DNA of 64,000 nucleotides. Source: Coleofasciculus sp. B1-GNL1-01. Lineage in GTDB: Bacteria > Cyanobacteriota > Cyanobacteriia > Cyanobacteriales > Coleofasciculaceae. Numbering within the stretch: the stretch's first letter is position 1; the number at the start of each line of letters is the position of its first letter. Location: NCBI GenBank assembly GCA_040220235.1, contig JAVJTO010000088.1, one strand, 5' to 3'. Shown here in pieces: positions 41,804-51,600 of the stretch. The translations under genes and the position numbers were made by a program. The notes beneath the pieces are model-generated. The model was given only the letters and a program-made list of their open reading frames with translations, had not been told where the DNA came from and searched no databases.

Positions 41804-44800
41804 TTACGGGACAATCGCGTCATTCGGTGCAGGACAACTCGGAGTTTGCCAGGAACTATACAGCGTCGGATTCGGGACTTCCGCCACCAATTCTACCTCT
41901 CCATTTTCCTTAATAATCCATCCTTGCGCCTCAATAATTTGAGTTGATTTCCTCTCCGGCTGCGGATTATTTCCCCCTGAATTCACCCGATTTTCCGTCG
42001 AACCTATCGGATCACGAAAATCAACCCAACCCTGATTATAACCACCATTATTTATTGGATTGGGCGGTAAACCCCCGCGCCCGGAAATAATAAATTCACT
42101 GCTTCCACGCCGTTGACCGACTTGACATCGCGCTTCAATTGGGTCTACAGGTTGTAACTGGGGTAACGGTTCAAGTTGAGGTTGAGTTTCCGTATTAATG
42201 TCTACCGTTCCATCAATTCCCAATTCAGAACTCGCCGTGAAATCACTCTCTGGAGTGCGGCGGTCTTCAAATTGGCGAAACCCTTCAATTAGTAAAGCCG
42301 TCGCTGAAATATTTCCACCTTGACCCGAAAATGCATTAGCTACAACATCACTATTTTCCGAGAGAATTGCCCAAACAATTCCCCCAGCATTAATCGTAAT
42401 ATTGCCTCCATTCGCCGTACCAAACGCTTCCGCCGCAATTTCACTATTGAAGCGCATAATAATAGAATCGGTCACATCTAAACGAATATTCCCCCCTTGA
42501 CTAGCCATCGTTGTTGCCCGTAGGCGTCCTTGATTGGTTAAAAAGATAGAATCCGCCGTAATTTCCAAATCCCCAGACGTGCCAGCACCACTCCCACTCA
42601 CGGTTAATTGTCCCCCATTTTCCACGGTTAAACGACCCGTATTCAGCGTGATTCCTCTGGCATTCGCAAAACTTCGAGACTCAAAAAATAAGCCACTTCC
42701 TGAACCGTTAACGTCTACGGATTCTGAAGCGTTCACCTCTATAATTCCGCCCTGTCCAGAGTCAAAAGTTGTGGCGGATATTTGTCCACCGCCTTGAAGA
42801 ACTAACCGTTCTGTGTCAATCTTCAATTCTCCCGCATTACCGGAACCCGACGAATCAAAGACTAAAAGGCTAGGGGTTTGACCATTCGGTGATGTACCAA
42901 TAACTTCTACAGATTCAGACGCATTTACAGTTAATTTTCCGGCTTCCCCAGTATTCGCCGTTGTCGCTGACACCAATCCGCCATCTTGTACAATTAACCG
43001 ACTTGTATCAATAGTTAATTCTCCTGCATTTCCCCCAGTTTCTGAGGCTAAGGAATCAAACAATAAGCGACTAGGAGTAGTTCCATCCGGGGCTGTACCA
43101 ATAACTTCCACCGATTCAGACGCATTCACGGTTAATTTTCCCGCTTCACCAGTATTCGCCGTTGTCGCGGAAACCAATCCGCCATCTTTAACAATTAACT
43201 GACTTGTATCAATCGTTAATTCTCCTGCATTTCCTCCCGTTTCAGAAGCCGACGAATCAAATAATAAGCTACTAACAATTTGACCATTTGCAGAACTTCC
43301 AATTACTTGAACAGAATCAGCATTTACCTCCAACGTTCCAGCTTGACCTTGATCAGTAGTTTTTGCTGATACCAGTCCTCCATCCCGAACCAGCAACTGT
43401 CCAGTGGTAATGGTTAAATCTCCAGCATTACCTTCATCAGACGTATCAAAAGATACGCGACTTTGAATACCTGCCTCTGAAGTACCGATTACTTCCACTG
43501 AATCCGTAGCATTCACGTTCAAATTCCCGGCTCGACCTGAACTAAAAGTGCTAGATGATATTAATCCCCCATCTTGTACCAGCAATCGCCTGGTATTAAT
43601 CACCAAATCCCCACCATTACCAGAACCACCAGTTATTGCCTGTACTTTGCTACCATTCCCGCTAACTCTTGATGTTCCAATTAATTCCACCGACTCAAGG
43701 GCGTTGATAATCAATTTTCCTCCCTGACCTTCACGTTCAGTACCTGTTGATATTGATCCGCCATCTTGAACAATCAATCGCCCTGTTTCAATATTCAAGT
43801 CTCCTGCATTTCCAGAACCGCGAGAAAATGTAAACAAACCTCCAGGTGTTCCATTAGGTCTTGTGCCAATTAATTCCACTGAATCGGAGGCTTTGATTGT
43901 GACATTTCCACCCGCTCCACTACTGGTATTTTCAGGAGCCGCAGCAATCTCCGCCCCATCCCGGATAATCAATCGCCTGGTTTCAACGAAAATATCTCCG
44001 CCATCCCCATCAAGCAAACTCTGACTATAAATACCACTGGGACTCGGACGAGGATCTTCTATGTCTGGTGTACCCGACAATTCTATAAATTCAGACGCAT
44101 TAACTCTCAATGTTCCTGACTGCGCTGTACCACACCGACTAACTGCTCCGCTTCCACAATTAGTCGTTGATAGTATCCCACCATCTCGCAGAATCAACTG
44201 TCTAGTATTTACGGTCAAATCTCCAGCATCACCATCTCCCAAAGTCCTAGCTTGCAAACTGGTATTTATCGGCTGATCACTACCTGGGAGTATACCTAAA
44301 CCAATTACTTCCACAGATTCGCTGGCATTAATTGTCAGATCACCGCCTTGACCTGAATCCTCTCCCTCTCTTTGAGTAACCGTAAAAATTCTAGCTCCAT
44401 CCATCAGAGAAAGTGACCTAGTATTAATCTCAATATCACCGCCTTTACCTTGACCCTGAGTAACGCTACGAATTAAACTATTTACACTAGGGAGAACGAT
44501 TTCTTCTTGAGCCGTCACAGTAATATTGCCGCCGACACCAAACCCTAAACCATTATCAGGTCGAACCGAAGAATCAACATTGTCTGTAAAAGTAATATTT
44601 TGACCAGAAATAATCCGAATTTCACCGCCATTTCCGGAAACGCTGCTGGTATCAATCTGACCGACTTCTATATTGCCTCTGGAGTCAATAAAAATAGAGC
44701 CACTGTTCCCAAAAAAACCGCCATTAACATCATCGGTAAAAATCCAGGGTACAGTAATACTCCCCCCCGACAAGGAAAGATTGGGGCGATACTGATTCGT

Positions 44801-46117
44801 TAAAAGCAGCAATCCATCCGCCGCCTGAATATCGATAAAACCATCAATTCTAATATCTGCACTCGTTCCTGTACCTACAGCGTCAATCGTCGGCGCTGGA
44901 TCGAAGTCGCCAAAGGGATTAAAATTATCAAGTGGTGCAGCATTAGGCGTGCCAAAATCAGTCGTACCCGCACGGATATCTAAAGTGGGTCTTATCGAGC
45001 CATTAATCGTGATTTCTGTCCCATCCGATAAGACGATAATATCCCCATTAATCGCATCAGCATTTGCCTCGACACCTTCTATAGCAACATCCCCGGAAAT
45101 CGTGACACTTCCCCCAGCCAAAATATGTAAAGAAGGACCTGTGTAGCTATTAAAACTCACATCTCCCCTAGCCCGAATCACTGGGTCATAAGGACTTGAC
45201 AAATTCCCTAAACTACTATCTAACTGCTCAATCTGAAAATTTCCACCACTCCAGAAGTGAGCATCCGCACTCACGGTATTACTAGAACGCAACACCATAT
45301 CCCCACCGGAAAATAACCCACTATCGGGATGATTCAAGGCAAAAATATCAACCGTTTGATTCCCCTGTACCAAAAGTTGACCCATAGCTGAAGCAATAAA
45401 CGGACTCGCCACACTATCGCGCACCTTCAGCGTATCCGTCGCCAATAGAGTCAAATTCCCCCCAGCTTGTACCTGATTCTCTAGGTCAAGAGTTCGACCC
45501 GCCAGAATCAAATCCCCTCCTACCGCTAAACGACCAGAACTTGCGATCGCGCCTTGATAATTCGACCCATATTGCAATCCCGGCGTCAGGTTAATCGTCA
45601 GTAATGGCGGCGCTTGGGGGTTCGTCGCACTAAACGCTGTACCATTCTCAAACACCCACTCCTGTGCCGTAGACGCCACAAACGCCCCCTGAACATCCAA
45701 CTGGGCATTTTTACCAAACACAATCCCATTCGGATTAATCAGAAACAAATTTGCCCCACCATTGACCCCCAGAGTTCCCAAAATATCCGACATATCCGTA
45801 CCCGTCACCCGGCTGAGAATATTGTCAATTCCCGTCGGATTAGCGAAATAAACCCGTTGTCCCGCGCCGACATTAAACTCCGAGAAACTGTGGAACAGAT
45901 TGGTTCCTCGAATCGCCCCCCCATCAATTTGATCCGCCGAGAAACCCTGAATGATCACATCCGGCGTCACCACAGAACCTTCTACCCCTAGAGTAGAATC
46001 CGGAATAACTTGGGCAACGGTAGGAGTTGTCCAATGGGATAGAAGCCACGCGATCGCCACTCCTGCTGTGACACAAATTCCCCGACATGATTGACTTTGC
46101 CTGCATCTCACCATCAC
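41804..46117 (-). CDS. Filamentous haemagglutinin-family (TpsA-like) exoprotein
   Basis: AQVIPDSTLG, NLFHSFSEF, NLFLINPNGI; GxAGxLxI beta-helix repeats; C-terminal SEFIISGRGGLPPNP and IIEAQGW. Confidence 0.93.
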   Translation of the reverse strand: MMVRCRQSQSCRGICVTAGVAIAWLLSHWTTPTVAQVIPDSTLGVEGSVVTPDVIIQGFSADQIDGGAIRGTNLFHSFSEFNVGAGQRVYFANPTGIDNILSRVTGTDMSDILGTLGVNGGANLFLINPNGIVFGKNAQLDVQGAFVASTAQEWVFENGTAFSATNPQAPPLLTINLTPGLQYGSNYQGAIASSGRLAVGGDLILAGRTLDLENQVQAGGNLTLLATDTLKVRDSVASPFIASAMGQLLVQGNQTVDIFALNHPDSGLFSGGDMVLRSSNTVSADAHFWSGGNFQIEQLDSSLGNLSSPYDPVIRARGDVSFNSYTGPSLHILAGGSVTISGDVAIEGVEANADAINGDIIVLSDGTEITINGSIRPTLDIRAGTTDFGTPNAAPLDNFNPFGDFDPAPTIDAVGTGTSADIRIDGFIDIQAADGLLLLTNQYRPNLSLSGGSITVPWIFTDDVNGGFFGNSGSIFIDSRGNIEVGQIDTSSVSGNGGEIRIISGQNITFTDNVDSSVRPDNGLGFGVGGNITVTAQEEIVLPSVNSLIRSVTQGQGKGGDIEINTRSLSLMDGARIFTVTQREGEDSGQGGDLTINASESVEVIGLGILPGSDQPINTSLQARTLGDGDAGDLTVNTRQLILRDGGILSTTNCGSGAVSRCGTAQSGTLRVNASEFIELSGTPDIEDPRPSPSGIYSQSLLDGDGGDIFVETRRLIIRDGAEIAAAPENTSSGAGGNVTIKASDSVELIGTRPNGTPGGLFTFSRGSGNAGDLNIETGRLIVQDGGSISTGTEREGQGGKLIINALESVELIGTSRVSGNGSKVQAITGGSGNGGDLVINTRRLLVQDGGLISSSTFSSGRAGNLNVNATDSVEVIGTSEAGIQSRVSFDTSDEGNAGDLTITTGQLLVRDGGLVSAKTTDQGQAGTLEVNADSVQVIGSSANGQIVSSLLFDSSASETGGNAGELTIDTSQLIVKDGGLVSATTANTGEAGKLTVNASESVEVIGTAPDGTTPSRLLFDSLASETGGNAGELTIDTSRLIVQDGGLVSATTANTGEAGKLTVNASESVEVIGTSPNGQTPSLLVFDSSGSGNAGELKIDTERLVLQGGGQISATTFDSGQGGIIEVNASESVDVNGSGSGLFFESRSFANARGITLNTGRLTVENGGQLTVSGSGAGTSGDLEITADSIFLTNQGRLRATTMASQGGNIRLDVTDSIIMRFNSEIAAEAFGTANGGNITINAGGIVWAILSENSDVVANAFSGQGGNISATALLIEGFRQFEDRRTPESDFTASSELGIDGTVDINTETQPQLEPLPQLQPVDPIEARCQVGQRRGSSEFIISGRGGLPPNPINNGGYNQGWVDFRDPIGSTENRVNSGGNNPQPERKSTQIIEAQGWIIKENGEVELVAEVPNPTLYSSWQTPSCPAPNDAIVP

Positions 46118-46786
46118 ACCCTGTCTCCGACTCCGTATTTCTACTTACTTAAAATTAAGCCAGATATAGAAATGCGATCGCTACCGTAGAATTACGGAAA
46201 TTTGGCGCTTATGACAGGCTTCAACCCGTCAATATCTGATCACCACTTACCGCGAACACTGGGTTCACAGAACCTGATTCATAAATTATTTGTAACACAA
46301 ACGACAGCCTTTAATCATCGAAACGTAAACTTCTATGTCATTTACTTGTGCTTTCCTGCAAAGGTGATTACATTAGAAATTGAAGCCTAAAGGCTTACTA
46401 ATGACAGAAGTTGAACTGACAAAATCAAATTAGGAGGTATAAAACCGACTGATAAATTTCATTTCTATTTCCTCATTGAAAAGTAACAGCAACACTCAAC
46501 AAATTGCTGAGATTTCCTAAAATTGTAAACTAGGGAGATTAAGCACTCAAAACTAAATTTTTAGTGCAACTCCAGATAGAATTAACTTAAACAGGAAATC
46601 ATTCAAGCAAGCTAGTTTTGAGAATTGCTGTTACTTTATCGTTTGTCATTCATCATTCGTAATTCGTCATTTGTCGTACTCGCTTCTCTTCACGCAAGCG
46701 CAGTTTTAAACCCAGACTTAACGATAAAATTATAGAACTCTTCTTTTCCAGACTGTAAAGACGTTGCAGGCAACGTCTCTACAAGG

Positions 46787-47875
46787 CTATTCTGGCTCTT
46801 GAAACACATCACAGGAGAACATCTCCGTTAATGTCCGCAGATAGGGTAAAAAGGTTGCCATATTTTCGGGAGGTAGGCGATTGTACATTTCCCAACCAAT
46901 CGCTTTGAGCATATCTTGCACTAAACGCCAGCCCACACGCAGACGCGGATAAAGCATAACGCACAGGGGAAACAATTCTCGCTGCACTGCCCGAATGTCA
47001 TCTTCTAAGACACACAGACACAGATACACCTGAAACATTTCCACGTCGCGGATACTGGCAATTCTCACGGTTTTGCTAATCAACGAACCACTGTAGGTTT
47101 CGTAATTAGGATTCTGACGACAAACTTGTTGGCAAACGGAAATAGCCAGTTTCGTACTGATGGGTAACAGATTTTGTACCGCTAATAGCGCCGGGGAATT
47201 GTAGGGATGGTTCGCCGCCGCATCATACGCCGCTTGTAGGGGCATGTACATGTGGTCATCCATTACCTTTAAATAGGGAAGCCACAGCTTTTGTTCCGCT
47301 GGGGAGAGCCACTCCAGTAGCTTTTGACCCGTATAGTGGAATTGCATACTGACAAACCCGATCGCACGGCGGTCAACGCTAGTATATTTTTGGCGCACTT
47401 GACCAAAATCTTTGCCGACAATCACCGATAAACGTCGGGGTGTTGCGCGTTCAGCATAAGCATTCGCTGTCTTTTGAAACAGATAACGGGTATCAGCCGC
47501 AATTTCTAAGGGATTGACTAATTCAGGATTAATACCATGACGCCGAATTTCCTCCGATAGCAGCGTTTCGGTCAATGACCAGGCTTGGGCGCTGGCAAAG
47601 TTGAGCTTTTGCATCATTTTCTCTGCCGTGCTTTTTCTGGCTTCCAGTGAGGCAGTTTCCTTGAGATCCGCCGCCGCTAAACTGGATACTGACTCATCTT
47701 GGTCTTGGTTGGTAACAGCCGTATAGTATTTCCTCGCCCAAAGCACCGCCAAGGAATGAACTTTGGATGTTGACGAGTCGGACTTTGACGAGTTGGGTGG
47801 TTTGCCACCAGTAGAACGCTGACGCTGTGTCGGCTGGGACACGGAACGTTCTGTGGATGGGATGGAATAGGTCAT
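46787..47875 (-). CDS. Conserved hypothetical protein
   Basis: Long ORF with a helical, protein-like sequence; ATG at 47875 preferred. Confidence 0.75.
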   Translation of the reverse strand: MTYSIPSTERSVSQPTQRQRSTGGKPPNSSKSDSSTSKVHSLAVLWARKYYTAVTNQDQDESVSSLAAADLKETASLEARKSTAEKMMQKLNFASAQAWSLTETLLSEEIRRHGINPELVNPLEIAADTRYLFQKTANAYAERATPRRLSVIVGKDFGQVRQKYTSVDRRAIGFVSMQFHYTGQKLLEWLSPAEQKLWLPYLKVMDDHMYMPLQAAYDAAANHPYNSPALLAVQNLLPISTKLAISVCQQVCRQNPNYETYSGSLISKTVRIASIRDVEMFQVYLCLCVLEDDIRAVQRELFPLCVMLYPRLRVGWRLVQDMLKAIGWEMYNRLPPENMATFLPYLRTLTEMFSCDVFQEPE

Positions 47876-48334
47876 GGTAAAAATCCCGTTACACTCTAAT
47901 TTCCCTTCAATGGAGAGGATACAAAAAACCAATTTGTCTCACCTGTTGTCAGGTGAGAGTCAATCAGCACTAATTATGTATCCTCTCGGCGTTAAAAAAA
48001 GTCAGATGTTATATAGAAACTTTAAAAGAGCAGAGTCTGCGTCTGAACCCTTCTCCCAGACAAGCAGGGGACAAGCATTGCTGTAACGACTCTGCTCAAA
48101 AATCGCTTCTGTCATATTTTTGCTATTTTTATCATTCATAATACAGGACTATCACAATTATTAAAAGAAATGAACCATTCTCATTTAGTTTTCATCCAAC
48201 GGGTGAGACTGGCAGGGGATTAACCCCTCAATCGCATTCCCGGAAAGGGTTAATGGTTAATTGGGTGGGGGAGGCATAATTCTCAGATAAGTCTGCCGAG
48301 GGCGATTAAAGTGACTGGGATCACATCTTCTATG

Positions 48335-49258
48335 TTACCGCGCCCACTGATGTAAAAGATAGGAGTAGTATTGTGTCTTATCGACGGTATCCAGCACCCG
48401 AATCCGTTTTCCTCCCGCCTCAACCTGGATACGACCTTGACTGGAACCCTGCGGAATCACGGTGGTTTCCCAATCTTGCCAGGTAAAGAACTCGGGATGG
48501 GCGAGATAGGTGGTGGCGAGAACATCCCAGAAATAATAGTCTTGGGGAATCACTAAGGCGTAACATTGACCCGCCAAATCGGAAATGGGATGGTGACGCT
48601 GTTTCCCCAATTTGTAAACAAACTCAGAGGTAACCGGGACGGTATTGGTGAGGTCAAGAGGACAAAGGACAATAGGAATCTGAGTTTGCCAAATCTGATG
48701 GACGGCGAGGGAGTCCCAGTAGGCGTTCCACTCGGCTGAACCATCTTGTCCAGGTTCCAGGCTTTTTTCTACATTACCAGAAACGTGAATCGCCCCCCCC
48801 ATCCAGACGATTTTCTCAATGTTGGCTTCGATATCCGGGGCGAGGTTAAGGGCGGTGGCGACAGTGGTGAGAGGTCCTGTCACCATCAGGGTAACAGGTT
48901 GGTCAGCCGTTTGCAGCGATCGCACAATAAACTCTTGACCCGTTTCCTTCAGCAAGGGGGTTTGGATAGTGTCATTCTGGTTAAGAATTGGCAGATGATC
49001 CACAATAAACGCATCCCGGCGGTAAAGGGGAGGAAAGGGATTAATCCCGCGTACCGTACTTTCAGCAACGGGGATATGAGAACATCCGATTAGGTCTAAA
49101 ATTTTGCGCGTGGCGCTAACAGCAGGTTGAATATAGCAATCAGCCGGGGTGACAACGATACCCAAAGGTTGGATGTGATCCATTGTCATCAGCAAGACGG
49201 TTGCCAAGTAATCATCGACACCGCCATCATGATCCATGAGGACGAGAGGTTTGGACAC
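48335..49258 (-). CDS. Nucleoside hydrolase (IU-NH family)
   Basis: DHDGGVDD, TGPLT, WMGG, AEWN, PLDLT, YFWD; GTG start at 49258 likely. Confidence 0.92.
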   Translation of the reverse strand: MSKPLVLMDHDGGVDDYLATVLLMTMDHIQPLGIVVTPADCYIQPAVSATRKILDLIGCSHIPVAESTVRGINPFPPLYRRDAFIVDHLPILNQNDTIQTPLLKETGQEFIVRSLQTADQPVTLMVTGPLTTVATALNLAPDIEANIEKIVWMGGAIHVSGNVEKSLEPGQDGSAEWNAYWDSLAVHQIWQTQIPIVLCPLDLTNTVPVTSEFVYKLGKQRHHPISDLAGQCYALVIPQDYYFWDVLATTYLAHPEFFTWQDWETTVIPQGSSQGRIQVEAGGKRIRVLDTVDKTQYYSYLLHQWAR

Positions 49259-49355
49259 GAGGAGAAATTTTCCGCGAGCATACACTTGATTATTATCTCT
49301 CAATTCTCATCCCTGACCAGAGCCCCGACTTCTTGAAGAAGTCGGGGTTCTAAAT

Positions 49356-49387
49356 TGTCCGACTTATGTGTGACTTATATCTGACTT
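49356..49387. promoter_or_regulatory. Three GACTT boxes at 11-bp period; putative operator
   Basis: GACTT at 49361, 49372 and 49383, upstream of the XRE-AAA gene. Confidence 0.4.
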
Positions 49388-49446
49388 GGCGGGATCAGAG
49401 GGATGAGAAGACTATGATCACAGCAGGGTGATTCAAGTGTTTAATC

Positions 49447-50715
49447 ATGTCGCGATCGCTAAAAGTTGCTCCCCAGTATATCGAAATAGTCAAAGCTGCA
49501 CTACCGCGAAATCGTTTTGCGAGTCAGCGAAACTTAGCCGAGAGTGTACAGCTTTCTCTCTCCACCGTCTCCAATTTCCTCAATGGTAAACCTGTGGACT
49601 ATTTGAATTTTTATGAACTTTGCCATAAGTTGGGGCTGAATTTAGAGGAAATCGCTGATTTTTCTGTCGCGGATAAGAACTCATCTTTAGCAATAGAGGT
49701 AGATGAAGAACAGACGGGTACTGAACCTGAAGTCTCTACCTATATCCTGCGTCCCCCCAGCGAATCGCGTTGCTATGAAACAATCGTCAAGCCCGGTTCC
49801 CTACTGCGACTTAAAGCCCCAAAGCGGATGGGAAAAACGTTGCTGATTGATAAGATTCTCGAAAAAGCAGTTAAAGAAAATTATCGCACCGTTCGCTTAA
49901 ACTTACTCCACGCCGATCAAGCTGTTTTGCGCGGACTGGATGAATTTTTGCGCTGGTTCTGTACGTTTGTTAGTCGGCGGTTAAAGTTACCGACTCAACT
50001 GGCGGAGTATTGGGAAGAAGGGTTAGGAAGTTCTCAAAATTGTACGATTTATTTTGAAGATCATCTGTTATCTCAATTAGACCAGCCCTTAGTCTTAGCG
50101 TTAGATGACGTTGATCGAATTTTTCCCTATCCCAAAATTGCCCAAGACTTTTTTGGTATGCTGCGAGTTTGGCATGAGGAAGCAAAAACCAGCCGACTGT
50201 GGCAGAAATTGCGGTTAGTGATTTCCTATTCTACCGATGTTTATATTCAGCTTAATACGAATCGTTCACCGTTTAATGTTGGTGTGCCAATTGAATTGCC
50301 AGAATTTACATCCGAACAAATGCACGAGTTAGCCCAAAAACAAGGATTAAATTTGGATAATTCCCAGGTGACTCAGTTAATAGAGATGGTAGGAGGACAT
50401 CCGCATCTGATCCAGCTTGCCATTTATTCCCTGACTCGTGAGGATATTACGTTTGAACAACTCTTGCAAACGGCTGCTACCGAATCAGGAATTTACAGCA
50501 ATCATTTACGGGGACAGTTATGGAATTTACAACAGTATCCTGAGTTAGCCGCAGCAATGAAAACGGTAGTTGAGGCAAATTGTCCTATACCATTGGAATC
50601 GATACTGGCGTTTAAGTTACAAAGCTTAGGTTTAATACAATTAAAAAATAATGCTGTAAAGCCGCGTTGTCTATTATATTCCCAGTATTTTTCCCAGAAG
50701 TATTACCCCCTTTGA
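49447..50715 (+). CDS. XRE-type HTH + AAA-like (AAA_35-type) NTPase
   Basis: SQRNLAESVQLSLSTVSNFLNGKPV; APKRMGKT; LALDDVD; SPFNVG. Confidence 0.9.
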   Translation: MSRSLKVAPQYIEIVKAALPRNRFASQRNLAESVQLSLSTVSNFLNGKPVDYLNFYELCHKLGLNLEEIADFSVADKNSSLAIEVDEEQTGTEPEVSTYILRPPSESRCYETIVKPGSLLRLKAPKRMGKTLLIDKILEKAVKENYRTVRLNLLHADQAVLRGLDEFLRWFCTFVSRRLKLPTQLAEYWEEGLGSSQNCTIYFEDHLLSQLDQPLVLALDDVDRIFPYPKIAQDFFGMLRVWHEEAKTSRLWQKLRLVISYSTDVYIQLNTNRSPFNVGVPIELPEFTSEQMHELAQKQGLNLDNSQVTQLIEMVGGHPHLIQLAIYSLTREDITFEQLLQTAATESGIYSNHLRGQLWNLQQYPELAAAMKTVVEANCPIPLESILAFKLQSLGLIQLKNNAVKPRCLLYSQYFSQKYYPL

Positions 50716-50913
50716 CTACGGCGATTGAAATCGCTGCTACACCAATGTATGCGAAGCCTTCCCGAAGGGTAGTCCGCCTGCGCGGACTGGGTTATCACGG
50801 GGGTAGCTAACCCAGATTTTGTATTACCCCAAAAAAGGGTTTACCTATTGCATCATTACAAAATCAGTTGGCTTCTAGTTCACCCGAAAATGCTGATTAC
50901 AGGAGGTAAGCTT

Positions 50914-51537
50914 ATGGTTGAAACCATCGCCGCTCAGAAAATTAATCTCGATGATTTAATCGAAAAATTTGGTTTAGAACGTATCGATGATCTGCAATTC
51001 TTCCCTGAATGGCAATATGACTTACCTGAACTCACGGATTCAGAACGGCAAGCCTTAGATGAAGTTAAAGCAGACTATCTTCACTTATCTCGATATACCA
51101 TCCTTGAAGCCATCGTTAAACTTGTGGTGTTGTCACCCTTGTTAAAACTAGCAGGATTTTATCGTCCACCATTTTATCTCACGGCTGAGAAGGAGGTAGA
51201 AATTGTCTCAGAGGATGAGGAACTGATCATTAAAGGGCGTCTTGACCTTTTGATTTTTACGCCTGAGTTTTGGATACTGGTGATTGAGGCAAAAGGGGCA
51301 AAATATTCCTTAGATGCTGGGATACCTCAAGCTTTAACTTATATGCTGGGTCATCCTAATTCTGAGGAACCTGCATTAGGATTGGTTACAAATGGTATGG
51401 ATTTTATTTTTCTCAAGCTGATTAAACAGGATAGACCAAGATATGCTGAGTCCTATCCATTTTCCCTCAGACGCGGAGATGACATTTATACTGTACTGAG
51501 GATTTTAAAACGGTTTAGTCAATTACTCAGTCAATAG
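50914..51537 (+). CDS. PD-(D/E)XK nuclease-like protein (type I restriction R N-terminal-like)
   Basis: GRLDLL..VIEAK, QALTYM, GLVTNG; AGGAGG Shine-Dalgarno before ATG 50914. Confidence 0.82.
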   Translation: MVETIAAQKINLDDLIEKFGLERIDDLQFFPEWQYDLPELTDSERQALDEVKADYLHLSRYTILEAIVKLVVLSPLLKLAGFYRPPFYLTAEKEVEIVSEDEELIIKGRLDLLIFTPEFWILVIEAKGAKYSLDAGIPQALTYMLGHPNSEEPALGLVTNGMDFIFLKLIKQDRPRYAESYPFSLRRGDDIYTVLRILKRFSQLLSQ

Positions 51538-51600
51538 AACTTGTTTCCTACTAATCCAAAAATAAATATAGTGTCCGCTGCTACGAAGGACAAATGACTA

